42,489 bases of DNA from Tubulanus polymorphus (taxonomy: Eukaryota > Animalia > Nemertea), in assembly GCF_964204645.1 (NCBI RefSeq), contig NW_027437486.1:1-42489 (forward strand). The letters are read 5' to 3'. How positions within the stretch are numbered: the stretch's first letter is position 1; each line of letters begins with the position of its first letter. The position numbers and the translations under genes were made by a program. Under the pieces are notes generated by a model. The model saw only the letters and a list, made by a program, of their open reading frames with translations, had not been told where the DNA came from and searched no databases. Positions 25,701 to 38,700 of this stretch are shown piece by piece.

Positions 25701-28600
25701 CGGGCGGACGACAGTCCTAGTGCCTCCCTCCCTCCCTCACTGCGCCGGGTCGTAACGCTGATCATGGACCGGTCAGCACTTAGTTGTTTTTCGAACAACC
25801 ACCGCCGGCACACTGACGAACGGATGGACGACTGACCTACTGCCTCCCTCCTTCCCTCCCTCACTGCACCGGGTCGTAACGCTGATCAAGACCCGGTCAG
25901 CACTTAGTCGTTTTTCGAACAACCACCGCCGGCACACTGACGAACGGACGGACGACCGACCTACTGCCTCCCTCCCTCCCTCCCTCACTGCTCCGGGTCG
26001 TAACGCTGATCAAGGCCCGGTCAGCACTTAGTCGTTTTTCGAACAACCACCGCCGGCACACTGACGAACGAACGGACGACCGACCTACTGCCACCCTCCC
26101 TCCCTTCCTGACCGGTGCCGGGTCGTAACGCTGTTCATGGCCCGGTCAGCACTTAGTCGTTTTTCGAACAACAACCGCCGACACACTGACTAACGGGCGG
26201 ACGACAGTCCTAGTGCCTCCCTCCCTCCCTCACTGCACCGGGTCGTAACGCTGATCATGGCCCGGTCAGCACTTAGTCGTTTTTCGAACTACCACCGCCG
26301 GCACACTGACGAACGGATGGACGACCGACCTACTGCCTCCCTCCCTCCCTCCCTGACCAGCGCCGGGTGGTAACGCTGATCAAGGCCCGGTCAGCACTTA
26401 GTCGTTTTTCGAACAACCACCGCCGGCACTCTGACGAACGAACGGACGACCGACCTACTGCCACCCTCCCTCCCTTCCTGACCGGTGCCGGGTCGTAACG
26501 CTGTTCATGGCCCGGTCAGCACTTAGTCGTTTTTCGAACAACCACCGCCGGCACACTGACGAACGGATGGACGACCGACCTACTGCCTCCCTCCCTCCCT
26601 CCCTCACTGCACCGGGTCGTAACGCTGATCAAGGCCCGGTCAGCACTTAGTCGTTTTTCGAACAACCACCGCCGGCACACTGACGAACGGATGGACGACC
26701 GACCTACTGCCTCCCTCCCTCCCTCCCTCACTGCACCGGGTCGTAACGCTGATCAAGGCCCGGTCAGCACTTAGTCGTTTTTCGAACTACCACCGCCGGC
26801 ACACTGACGAACGGATGGACGACCGACCTACTGCCTCCCTCCCTCCCTCCCTGACCAGCGCCGGGATGTAACGCTGATCAAGGCCCGGTCAGCCCTTAGT
26901 CGTTTTTCGAACAACCACCGCCGGCACACTGACGAACGGACGGACGACCGACCTACTGCCTCCCTCCCTCCCTCACTGCACCGGGTCGTAACGCTGATCA
27001 TGGCCCGGTCAGCACTTAGTCTTTTTTCGAACTACCACCGCCGGCACACTGACGAACGGACGGACGACCGACCTACTGCCTCCCTCCCTCCCTCCCTGAC
27101 CGGTGCCGGGTCGTAACGCTGATCAAGGCCCGGTCAGCACTTAGTCGTTTTTCGAACAACCACCGCCGGCACACTGACGAACGAACGGACGACCGACCTA
27201 CTGCCTCCCTCCCTCCCTCAATGCTCCGGGTCGTAACGCTGATCAAGGCCCGGTCAGCACTTAGTCGTTTTTCGAACAACCACCACCGGCACACTGGCGA
27301 ACGGACGGACGACCGACCTACTGCCTCCCTCCCTCCCTCACTGCACCGGGTCGTAACGCTGATCAAGGCCCGGTCAGCACTTAGTCGTTTTTCGAACAAC
27401 CACCACCGGCACACTGACGAACGGACGGACGACCGACCTACTGCCTCCCTCCCTCCCTCCCTGACCGGTGCCGGGTCGTAACGCTGATCAAGGCCCGGTC
27501 AGCACTTAGTCGTTTTTCGAACAACCACCGCCGGCACACTGACGAACGGATGGACGACCGACCTACTGCCTCCCTCCCTCCCTCCCTCACTGCACCGGGT
27601 CGTAACGCTGATCAAGACCCGGTCAGCACTTAGTCGTTTTTCGAACAACCACCGCCGGCACACTGACGAACGGACGGACGACCGACCTACTGCCTCCCTC
27701 CATCCCTCACTGCACCGGGTCGTAACGCTGATCAAGGCCCGGTCAGCACTTAGTCGTTTTTCGAACTACCACCGCCGGCACACTGACGAACGGATGGACG
27801 ACCGACCTACTGCCTCCCTCCCTCCCTCCCTCACTGCACCGGATCGTAACGCTGATCAAGGCCCGGTCAGCACTTAGTCGTTTTTCGAACAACCACCGCC
27901 GGCACACTGACGAACGGATGGACGACCGACCTACTGTCCCCCTCCCTCCCACACTGCTCCGGGTCGTAACGCTGATCAAGGCCCGGTCAGCACTTAGTCT
28001 TTTTTCGAACTACCACCGCCGGCACACTGACGAACGGACGGACGACCGACCTACTGCCTTCCTCCCTCCCTACCTAACCGGTGCCGGGTCGTAACGCTGA
28101 TCAAGGCCCGGTCAGCACTTAGTCGTTTTTCGAACAACCACCGCCGGCACACTGACGAACGAACGGACGACCGACCTACTGCCTCCCTCCCTCCCTCACT
28201 GCGCCGGGTCGTAACGCTGATCATGGCCCGGTCAGCACTTAATCGTTTTTCGAACAACCACCGCCGGCACACTGACGAACGGATGGACGACCGACCTACT
28301 GCCTCCCTCCCTCCCTCCCTCACTGCACCGGGTCGTAACGCTGATCAAGGCCCGGTCAGCACTTAGTCGTTTTTCGAACCATCACTGCCGGCACACTGAC
28401 AAACGGACGGACGACCGACCTACTGCCTCCCTCCCTCCCTCACTGCACCGGGTCGTAACGCTGATCATGGCCCGGTCAGCACTTAGTCGTTTTTCGAACT
28501 ACCACCGCCGGCACACTGACGAACGGATGGACGACCGACCTACTGCCTCCCTCCCTCCCTCCCTCACTGCACCGGGTCGTAACGCTGATCAAGGCCCGGT
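16721..28600. repeat. Super-repeat: internally deleted copy of ~1-15,460
   Basis: Collinear matches with stepwise offsets 16,720 (151/16871), 16,964, 17,084, 13,751 (11034/24785) and 13,379 (14672/28051). Rare markers are shared in the same order (GGCCAGG, CCAACTGCCTCCCTGT, GACGTACG, TAGTTG, GGGTGGTAAC, CACTCTG, TACCTAACC). Confidence 0.85.
17904..24598. repeat. Second tandem pair of the 29-mer HOR (copies 3 and 4)
   Basis: Same ORF and variant series at offset 16,964 (1010/17974, 2309/19273, 3346/20310) and 17,084 (5315/22399, 6778/23862). Internal period is 3,552 (19273/22825). Confidence 0.88.
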
Positions 28601-29905
28601 CAGCACTTAGTCTTTTTTCGAACTACCACCGCCGGCACACTGACGAACGGACGGACGACCGACCTACTGCCTCCCTCCCTCCCTCCCTGACCGGTGCCGG
28701 GTCGTAACGCTGATCAAGGCCCGGTCAGCACTTAGTCGTTTTTCGAACAACCACCGCCGGCACACTGACGAACGAACGGACGACCGACCTACTGCCTCCC
28801 TCCCTCCCTCAATGCTCCGGGTCGTAACGCTGATCAAGGCCCGGTCAGCACTTAGTCGTTTTTCGAACAACAACCGCCGACACACTGACTAACGGGCGGA
28901 CGACCGACCTACTGCCTCCCTCCCTCCCTCACTGCACCGGGTCGTAACGCTGATCAAGGCCCGGTCAGCACTTAGTCGTTTTTCGAACTACCACCGCCGG
29001 CACACTGACGAACGGATGGACGACCGACCTACTGCCTCCCTCCCTCCCTCCCTGACCTGCGCCGGGTCGTAACGCTGATCAAGGCCCGGTCAGCCCTTTG
29101 TCGTTTTTCGAACAACCATCACTGCCGGCACACTGACAAACGGACGGACGACCGACCTACTGCCTCCCTCCCTCCCTCACTGCTCCGAGTCGTAACGCTG
29201 ATCAAGGCCCGGTCAGCACTTAGTCGTTTTTCGAACAACCACCGCCGGCACACTGACGAATGGACGGACGACCGACCTACTACCTCCCTCCCCCCCGGAC
29301 CGGTGCCGGATCGTCACGCTGATCATGGCCCGGTCAGCACTTAGTCGTTTTTCGAACAACAACCGCTGACACACTAACTAACGGGCGGACGACCGACCTA
29401 CTGCCTCCCTCCCTCCCTCCCTCACTGCACCGGGTCGTAACGCTGATCAAGGCCCGGTCAGCACTTAGTCGTTTTTCGAACTACCACCGCCGGCACACTG
29501 ACGAACGGACGGACGACCGACCTACTGCCTCCCTCCCTCCCTCCCTGACCGGTGCCGGGTCGTAACGCTGATCAAGGCCCGGTCAGCACTTAGTCGTTTT
29601 TCGAACTACCATCACAGCCGGCACACTGACAAACGGACGGACGACCGACCTACTGCCTCCCTCCCTCCCTCCCTCACTGCACCGGGTCGTAACGCTGATC
29701 AAGGCCCGGTCAGCACTTAGTCGTTTTTCGAATAACCAACTCTGCCGGCACATTGACGAACGGACGGACGACCGACCTACTGTCCCCCTCCCTCCCTCAC
29801 TGCGCCGGGTCGTAACGCTGATCATAGCCCGGTCAGCACTTAGTCGTTTTTCGAACAACCACCGCCGGCACACTGACGAACGGATGGACGACCGACCTAC
29901 TGCCT

Positions 29906-29949
29906 CCCTCCCTCCCTCCCTCCCTCCCTCCCTCCCTCCCTCCCTCCCT
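29906..29949 (+). repeat. Expanded (CCCT)11 microsatellite within one monomer
   Basis: 44 bp of perfect CCCT, against typically 3-5 units in other monomers. Confidence 0.95.
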
Positions 29950-32900
29950 CACTGCACCGGGTCGTAACGCTGATCAAGGCCCGGTCAGCACTTAGTCGTT
30001 TTTCGAACTACCACCGCCGGCACACTGACGAACGAACGGACGACCGACCTACTGCCACCCTCCCTCCCTTCCTGACCGGTGCCGGGTCGTAACGCTGTTC
30101 ATGGCCCGGTCAGCACTTAGTCGTTTTTCGAACAACAACCGCCGACACACTGACTAACGGGCGGACGACTGTCCTAGTGCCTCCCTCCCTCCCTCACTGC
30201 ACCGGGTCGTAACGCTGATCAAGGCCCGGTCAGCACTTAGTCGTTTTTCGAACAACCACCGCCGGCACACTGACGAACGGACGGACGACCGACCTACTGC
30301 CTCCCTCCCTCCCTCCCTGACCTGCGCCGGGTCGTAACGCTGATCAAGGCCCGGTCAGCCCTTTGTCGTTTTTCGAACAACCATCACTGCCGGCACACTG
30401 ACAAACGGACGGACGACCGACCTACTGCCTCCCTCCCTCCCTCACTGCTCCGGGTCGTAACGCTGATCAAGGCCCGGTCAGCACTTAGTCGTTTTTCGAA
30501 CAACCACCGCCGGCACACTGACGAATGGACGGACGACCGACCTACTACCTCCATCCCCCCCCGGACCGGTGCCGGATCGTCACGCTGATCATGGCCCGGT
30601 CAGCACTTAGTCGTTTTTCGAACAACAACCGCCGACACACTAACTAACGGGCGGACGACCGACCTACTGCCTCCCTCCCTCCCTCCCTCACTGCACCGGG
30701 TCGTAACGCTGATCAAGGCCCGGTCAGCACTTAGTCGTTTTTCGAACTACCACCGCCGGCACACTGACGAACGGACGGACGACCGACCTACTGCCTCCCT
30801 CCCTCCCTCCCTGACCGGTGCCGGGTCGTAACGCTGATCAAGGCCCGGTCAGCACTTAGTCGTTTTTCGAACAACCATCGCCGGCACACTGACGAACGAA
30901 CGGACGACCGACCTACTGCCACCCTCCCTCCCTTCCTGACCGGTGCCGGGTCGTAACGCTGTTCATGGCCCGGTCAGCACTTAGTCGTTTTTCGAACAAC
31001 AACCGCCGACACACTGACTAACGGGCGGACGTCTGTCCTAGTGCCTCCCTCCCTCCCTCACTGCACCGGGTCGTAACGCTGATCAAGGCCCGGTCAGCAC
31101 TTAGTCGTTTTTCGAACAACCACCGCCGGCACACTGACGAACGGATGGACGACCGACCTACTGCCTCCCTCCCTCCCTCCCTCTCTCACTGCACCGGGTC
31201 GTAACGCTGATCAAGGCCCGGTCAGCACTTAGTCATCTTTCGAACGACTACCACCGGCACACTGACGAACGGACTGACGACCGACCTACTGCCTCCCTCC
31301 CTCCCCCCTCACTGCACCGGGTCGTAACGCTGATCAAGGCCCGGTCAGCACTTAGTCGTTTTTCGAACCAGCACTGACGGCAGACTAACTAACGGGCGGA
31401 CGATTGTCCGACTGCCTCCCTCTCTCCCTCCCTCACTGCGCCGGGTCGTAATGCTGATCAAGACCCGGTCAGCACTTAGTCGTTTTTCGAACAACCAGCA
31501 CTGCCGGCACACTGACTAACGGGCGGACGACCGACCTACTGCCTCCCTCCCTCCCTCACTGCACCGGGTCGTAACGCTGATCAAGGCCCGGTCAGCACAT
31601 AGTCGTTTTTCGAACCATCACTGCCGGCACACTGACAAACGGACGGACGACCGACCTACTGCCTCCCTCCCTCCCTCACTGCACCGGGTCGTAACGCTGA
31701 TCATGGCCCGGTCAGCACTTAATCGTTTTTCGAACAACCACCGCCGGCACACTGACGAACGGATGGACGACCGACCTACTGCCTCCCTCCCTCCCTCCCT
31801 CACTGCACCGGGTCGTAACGCTGATCAAGGCCCGGTCAGCACTTAGTCGTTTTTCGAACAACCACCGCCGGCACACTGACGAACGAACGGACGACCGACC
31901 TTGCCACCCTCCCTCCCTTCCTGACCGGTGCCGGGTCGTAACGCTGTTCATGGCCTGGCCAGCACTTAGTCGTTTTTCGAACAACAACTGCCGACACACT
32001 GACTAACGGGCGGACGACTGTCCTAGTGCCTCCCTCCCTCCCTCACTGCACCGGGTCGTAACGCTGATCAAGGCCCGGTCAGCACTTAGTCGTTTTTCGA
32101 ACAACCACCGCCGGCACACTGACGAAAGGATGGACGCCCGACCTACTGCCTCCCTCCCTCCCTCACTGCTCCGGGTCGTAACGCTGATCAAGGCCCGGTC
32201 AGCACTTAGTCGTTTTTCGAACAACCACCGCCGGTACACTGACGAACGGATAGACGACCGACCTACTGCCTCCCTCCCTCCCTCACTGCACCGGGTCGTA
32301 ACGCTGATCAAGACCTCGTCAGCACTTAGTCGTTTTTCGAACAACCACCGCCGGCACACTGACGAACGGACGGACGACCGACCTACTGCCTCCCTCCCTC
32401 CCTCACTGCACCGGGTCGTAACGCTGTTCATGGCCCGGTCAGCACTTAGTCGTTTTTCAAACAACAACCGCCGACACACTGACTAACGGGCGGACGACTG
32501 TCCTAGTGCCTCCCTCCCTCCCTCACTGCGCCGGGTCGTAACGCTGATCATAGCCCGGTCAGCACTTAGTCGTTTTTCGAACAACCACCGCCGGCACACT
32601 GACGAACGGATGGACGACCGACCTACTGCCTCCCTCCCTCCCTCCCTCACTGCACCGGGTCGTAACGCTGATCAAGGCCCGGTCAGCACTTAGTCGTTTT
32701 TCGAACTACCACCGCCGGCACACTGACGAACGAACGGACGACCGACCTACTGCCACCCTCCCTCCCTTCCTGACCGGTGCCGGGTCGTAACGCTGTTCAT
32801 GGCCCGGTCAGCACTTAGTCGTTTTTCGAACAACAACCGCCGACACACTGACAAACGGACGGACAACCGACGTACTGCCTCCCTCCCTCCCTCAATGCTC

Positions 32901-35759
32901 TGGGTCGTAACGCTGATCAAGGCCCGGTCAGCACTTAGTCGTTTTTCGAACCATCACTGCCGGCACACTGACAAACGGACGGACGACCGACCTACTGCCT
33001 CCCTCCCTCCCTCACTGCACCGGGTCGTAACGCTGATCATGGCCCGGTCAGCACTTAGTCGTTTTTCGAACAACCACCGCCGGCACACTGACGAACGGAT
33101 GGACGACCGACCTACTGCCTCCCTCCCTCCCTCCCTCACTGCACCGGGTCGTAACGCTGATCAAGGCCCGGTCAGCACTTAGTCGTTTTTCGAACTACCA
33201 CCGCCGGCACACTGACGAACGAACGGACGACCGACCTACTGCCACCCTCCCTCCCTTCCTGACCGGTGCCGGGTCGTAACGCTGTTCATGGCCCGGTCAG
33301 CACTTAGTCGTTTTTCGAACAACCACAGCCGGCACACTGACGAACGAACGGACGACCGACCTACTGCCACCCTCCCTCCCTTCCTGACCGGTGCCGGGTC
33401 GTAACGCTGTTCATGGCCCGGTCAGCACTTAGTCGTTTTTCGAACAACAACCGCCGACACACTGACTAACGGGCGGACGACTGTCCTAGTGCCTCCCTCC
33501 CTCCCTCACTGCACCGGGGACGTAACGCTGATCAAGGCCCGGTCAGCACTTAGTCGTTTTTCGAACAACCACCGCCGGCACACTGACGAACGGATGGACG
33601 ACCGACCTACTGCCTCCCTCCCTCCCTCCCTCCCTCACTGCACCGGGTCGTAACGCTGATCAAGGCCCGGTCAGCACTTAGTCGTTTTTCGAACAACCAC
33701 CGCCGGCACACTGACGAACGGATGGTCGACCGACCTACTGCCTCCCTCCCTCCCTCCCTCACTGCACCGGGTCGTAACGCTGATCAAGGCCCGGTCAGCA
33801 CTTAGTCGTTTTTCGAACTACCACCGCCGGCACACTGACGAACGGACGGACGACCGACCTACTGCCTCCCTCCCTCCCTCCCTGACCGGTGCCGGGTCGT
33901 AACGCTGATCAAGGCCCGGTCAGCACTTAGTCGTTTTTCGAACCAACACTGACGGCAGACTAACTAACGGGCGGACGATTGTCCGACTGCCTCCCTCTCT
34001 CCCTCCCTCACTGCGCCGGGTCGTAATGCTGATCAAGGCCCGGTCAGCACTTAGTCGTTTTTCGAACAACCAGCACTGCCGGCACACTGACTAACGGGCG
34101 GACGACCGACCTACTGCCTCCCTCCCTCCCTCACTGCACCGGGTCGTAACGCTGATCAAGGCCCGGTCAGCACTTAGTCGTTTTTCGAACAACCACCGCC
34201 GGCACACTGACGAACGGACGGACGACCGACCTACTGCCTCCCTCCCTCCCTCCCTGACCGGTGCCGGGTCGTAACGCTGATCAAGGCCCGGTCAGCATTT
34301 AGTCGTTTTTCGAACCAACACTGACGGCAGACTAACTAACGGGCGGACGATATTCCGACTGCCTCCCTCTCTCCCTCCCTCACTGCGCCGGGTCGTAATG
34401 CTGATCAAGGCCCGGTCAGCACTTAGTCGTTTTTCGAACAACCAGCACTGCCGGCACACTGACAAACGGATGGACGACCGACCTACTGCCTCCCTCCCTC
34501 CCTCACTGCACCGGGTCGTAACGCTGATCATGGCCCGGTCAGCACTTAATCGTTTTTCGAACAACCACCGCCGGCACACTGACGAACGGATGGACGACCG
34601 ACCTACTGCCTCCCTCCCTCCCTCCCTCCCTCACTGCACTGGGTCGTAACGCTGATCAAGGCCCGGTCAGCACTTAGTCGTTTTTCGAACCAACACTGAC
34701 GGCAGACTAACTAACGGCGGACGATTGTCCGACTGCCTCCCTCTCTCCCTCCCTCACTGCGCCGGGTCGTAATGCTGATCAAGGCCCGGTCAGCACTTAG
34801 TCGTTCTTCGAACAACCAGCACTGCCGGCACACTGACTAACGGGCGGACGACCGACCTACTGCCTCCCTCCCTCCCTCACTGCACCGGGTCGTAACGCTG
34901 ATCAAGGCCCGGTCAGCACTTAGTCGTTTTTGGAACCATCACTGCCGGCACACGACAAACGGACGGACGACCGACCTACTGCCTCCCTCCCTCCCTCACT
35001 GCACCGGGTCGTAACGCTGATCATGGCCCGGTCAGCACTTAATCGTTTTTCGAACAACCACCGCCGGCACACTGACGAACGGATGGACGACCGACCTACT
35101 GCCTCCCTCCCTCCCTCCCTCACTGCACCGGGTCGTAACGCTGATCAAGGCCCGGTCAGCACTTAGTCGTTTTTCGAACCAACACTGACGGCAGACTAAC
35201 TAACGGGCGGACGATTGTCCGACTGCCTCCCTCTCTCCCTCCCTCACTGCACCGGGTCGTAACGCTGATCAAGGCCCGGTCAGCACTTAGTCGTTTTTCG
35301 AACCAACACTGACGGCAGACTAACTAACGGGCGGACGATTGTCCGACTGCCTCCCTCTCTCCCTCCCTCACTGCACCGGGTCGTAACGCTGATCAAGGCC
35401 CGGTCAGCACTTAGTCGTTTTTCGAACTACCACCGCCGGCACACTGACGAACGGACGGACGACCGACCTACTGCCTCCCTCCCTCCCTCCCTGACCGGTG
35501 CCGGGTCGTAACGCTGATCAAGGCCCGGTCAGCACTTAGTCGTTTTTCGAACCAACACTGACGGCAGACTAACTAACGGGCGGACGATTGTCCGACTGCC
35601 TCCCTCTCTCCCTCCCTCACTGCGCCGGGTCGTAATGCTGATCAAGGCCCGGTCAGCACTTAGTCGTTTTTTCGAACAACCAGCACTGCCGGCACACTGA
35701 CTAACGGGCGGACGACCGACCTACTGCCTCCCTCCCTCCCTCACTGCACCGGGTCGTAA

Positions 35760-38700
35760 CGCTGATCAAGGCCCGGTCAGCACTTAGTCGTTTTTCGAAC
35801 CATCACTGCCGGCACACTGACGAACGGACGGACGACCGACCTACTGCCTCCCTCCCTCCCTCACTGCTCCGGGTCGTAACGCTGATCAAGGCCCGGTCAG
35901 CACTTAGTCGTTTTTCGAACCAACACTGACGGCAGACTAACTAACGGGCGGACGATATTCCGACTGCCTCCCCCTCTCCCTCCCTCACTGCGCCGGGTCG
36001 TAATGCTGATCAAGGCCCGGTCAGCACTTAGTCGTTTTTCGAACCATCACTGCCGGCACACTGACGAACGGACGGACGACCGACCTACTGCCTCCCTCCC
36101 TCCCTCCCTGACCGGTGCCGGGTCGTAACGCTGATCAAGGCCCGGTCAGCACTTAGTCGTTTTTCGAACCAACACTGACGGCAGACTAACTAACGGGCGG
36201 ACGATATTCCGACTGCCTCCCTCTCTCCCTCCCTCACTGCGCCGGGTCGTAATGCTGATCAAGGCCCGGTCAGCACTTAGTCGTTTTTCGAACAACCAGC
36301 ACTGCCGGCACACTGACAAACGGACGGATGACCGACCTACTGCCTCCCTCCCTCCCTCACTGCACCGGGTCGTAACGCTGATCATGGCCCGGTCAGCACT
36401 TAATCGTTTTTCGAACAACCACCGCCGGCACACTGACGAACGGATGGACGACCGACCTACTGCCTCCCTCCCTCCCTCCCTCACTGCACCGGGTCGTAAC
36501 GCTGATCAAGGCCCGGTCAGCACTTAGTCGTTTTTCGAACCAACACTGACGGCAGACTAACTAACGGGCGGACGATTGTCCGACTGCCTCCCTCTCTCCC
36601 TCCCTCACTGCGCCGGGTCGTAATGCTGATCAAGGCCCGGTCAGCACTTAGTCGTTTTTCGAACAACCAGCACTGCCGGCACACTGACTAACGGGCGGAC
36701 GACCGACCTACTGCCTCCCTCCCTCCCTCACTGCACCGGGTCGTAACGCTGATCAAGGCCCGGTCAGCACTTAGTCGTTTTTCGAACCATCACTGCCGGC
36801 ACACTGACAAACGGACGGACGACCGACCTACTGCCTCCCTCCCTCCCTCACTGCACCGGGTCGTAACGCTGATCATGGCCCGGTCAGCACTTAGTCGTTT
36901 TTCGAACTACCACCGCCGGCACACTGACGAACGGATGGACGACCGACCTACTGCCTCCCTCCCTCCCTCCCTCACTGCACCGGGTCGTAACGCTGATCAA
37001 GGCCCGGTCAGCACTTAGTCGTTTTTCGAACAACCACCGCCGGCACACTGACGAACGGATGGACGACCGACCTACTGCCTCCCTCCCTCCCTCACTGCAC
37101 CGGGTCGTAACGCTGATCAAGACCTCGTCAGCACTTAGTCGTTTTTCGAACAACCACCGCCGGCACACTGACGAACGGACGGACGACCGACCTACTGCCT
37201 CCCTCCCTCCCTCACTGCACCGGGTCGTAACGCTGATCAAGGCCCGGTCAGCACTTAGTCGTTTTTCGAACTACCACCGCCGGCACACTGACGAACGAAC
37301 GGACGACCGACCTACTGCCACCCTCCCTCCCTTCCTGACCGGTGCCGGGTCGTAACGCTGTTCATGGCCCGGTCAGCACTTAGTCGTTTTTCGAACAACA
37401 ACCGCCGACACACTGACTAACGGGCGGACGACTGTCCTAGTGCCTCCATCCCTCCCTCACTGCACCGGGTCGTAACGCTGATCATGGCCCGGTCAGCACT
37501 TAGTCGTTTTTCGAACAACCACCGCCGGCACACTGACGAACGGACGGACGACCGACCTACTGCCTCCCTCCCTCCCTCAATGCTCCGGGTCGTAACGCTG
37601 ATCAAGGCCCGGTCAGCACTTAGTCGTTTTTCGAACAACCATCACTGCCGGCACACTGATAAACGGACGGACGACCGACCTACTGCCTCCCTCCCTCCCT
37701 CAATGCTCCGGGTCGTAACGCTGATCAAGGCCCGGTCAGCACTTAGTCGTTTTTCGAACAACCACCGCCGGCACACTGGCGAACGGACGGACGACCGACC
37801 TACTGCCTCCCTCCCTCCATCACTGCTCCGGGTCGTAAAGCTGATCAAGGGCCGGTCAGCACTTAGTCGTTTTTCGAATAACCACCTTCGAACTACCTCC
37901 GCCGGCACAATGACGAACGGACGGACGACCGACCTACTGCCTCCCTCCCTCCCTCCCTGACCGGTGCCGGGTCGTAACGCTGATCAAGGCCCGGTCAGCA
38001 CTTAGTCGTTTTTCGAACAACAACCGCCGACACACTGACTAACGGGCGGACGACTGTCCTAGTGCCTCCCTCCCTCCCTCACTGCACCGGGTCGTAACGC
38101 TGATCATGGCCCGGTCAGCACTTAGTCGTTTTCGAACAACCACCGCCGGCACACTGACGAACGGATGGACGACCGACCTACTGCCTCCCTCCCTCCCTCA
38201 CTGCACCGGGTCGTAACGCTGATCAAGGCCCGGTCAGCACTTAGTCGTTTTTCGAACAACCATCACTGCCGGCACACTGATAAACGGACGGACGACCGAC
38301 CTACTGCCTCCCTCCCTCCCTCCCTGACCGGTGCCGGGTCGTAACGCTGATCAAGGCCCGGTCAGCACTTAGTCGTTTTTCGAACAACCACCGCCGGCAC
38401 ACTGACGAACGAACGGACGACCGACCTACTGCCACCCTCCTCCCTTCCTGACCGGTGCCGGGTCGTAACGCTGTTCATGGCCCGGTCAGCACTTAGTCGT
38501 TTTTCGAACAACAACCGCCGACACACTGACTAACGGGCGGACGACAGTCCTAGTGCCTCCCTCCCTCCCTCACTGCGCCGGGTCGTAACGCTGATCATGG
38601 ACCGGTCAGCACTTAGTCGTTTTTCGAACAGCAACCGCCGACACACTGACCAACGGGCGGACGACGGACCTACTGCCTCCCTCCCTCCCTCAATGCGCCG

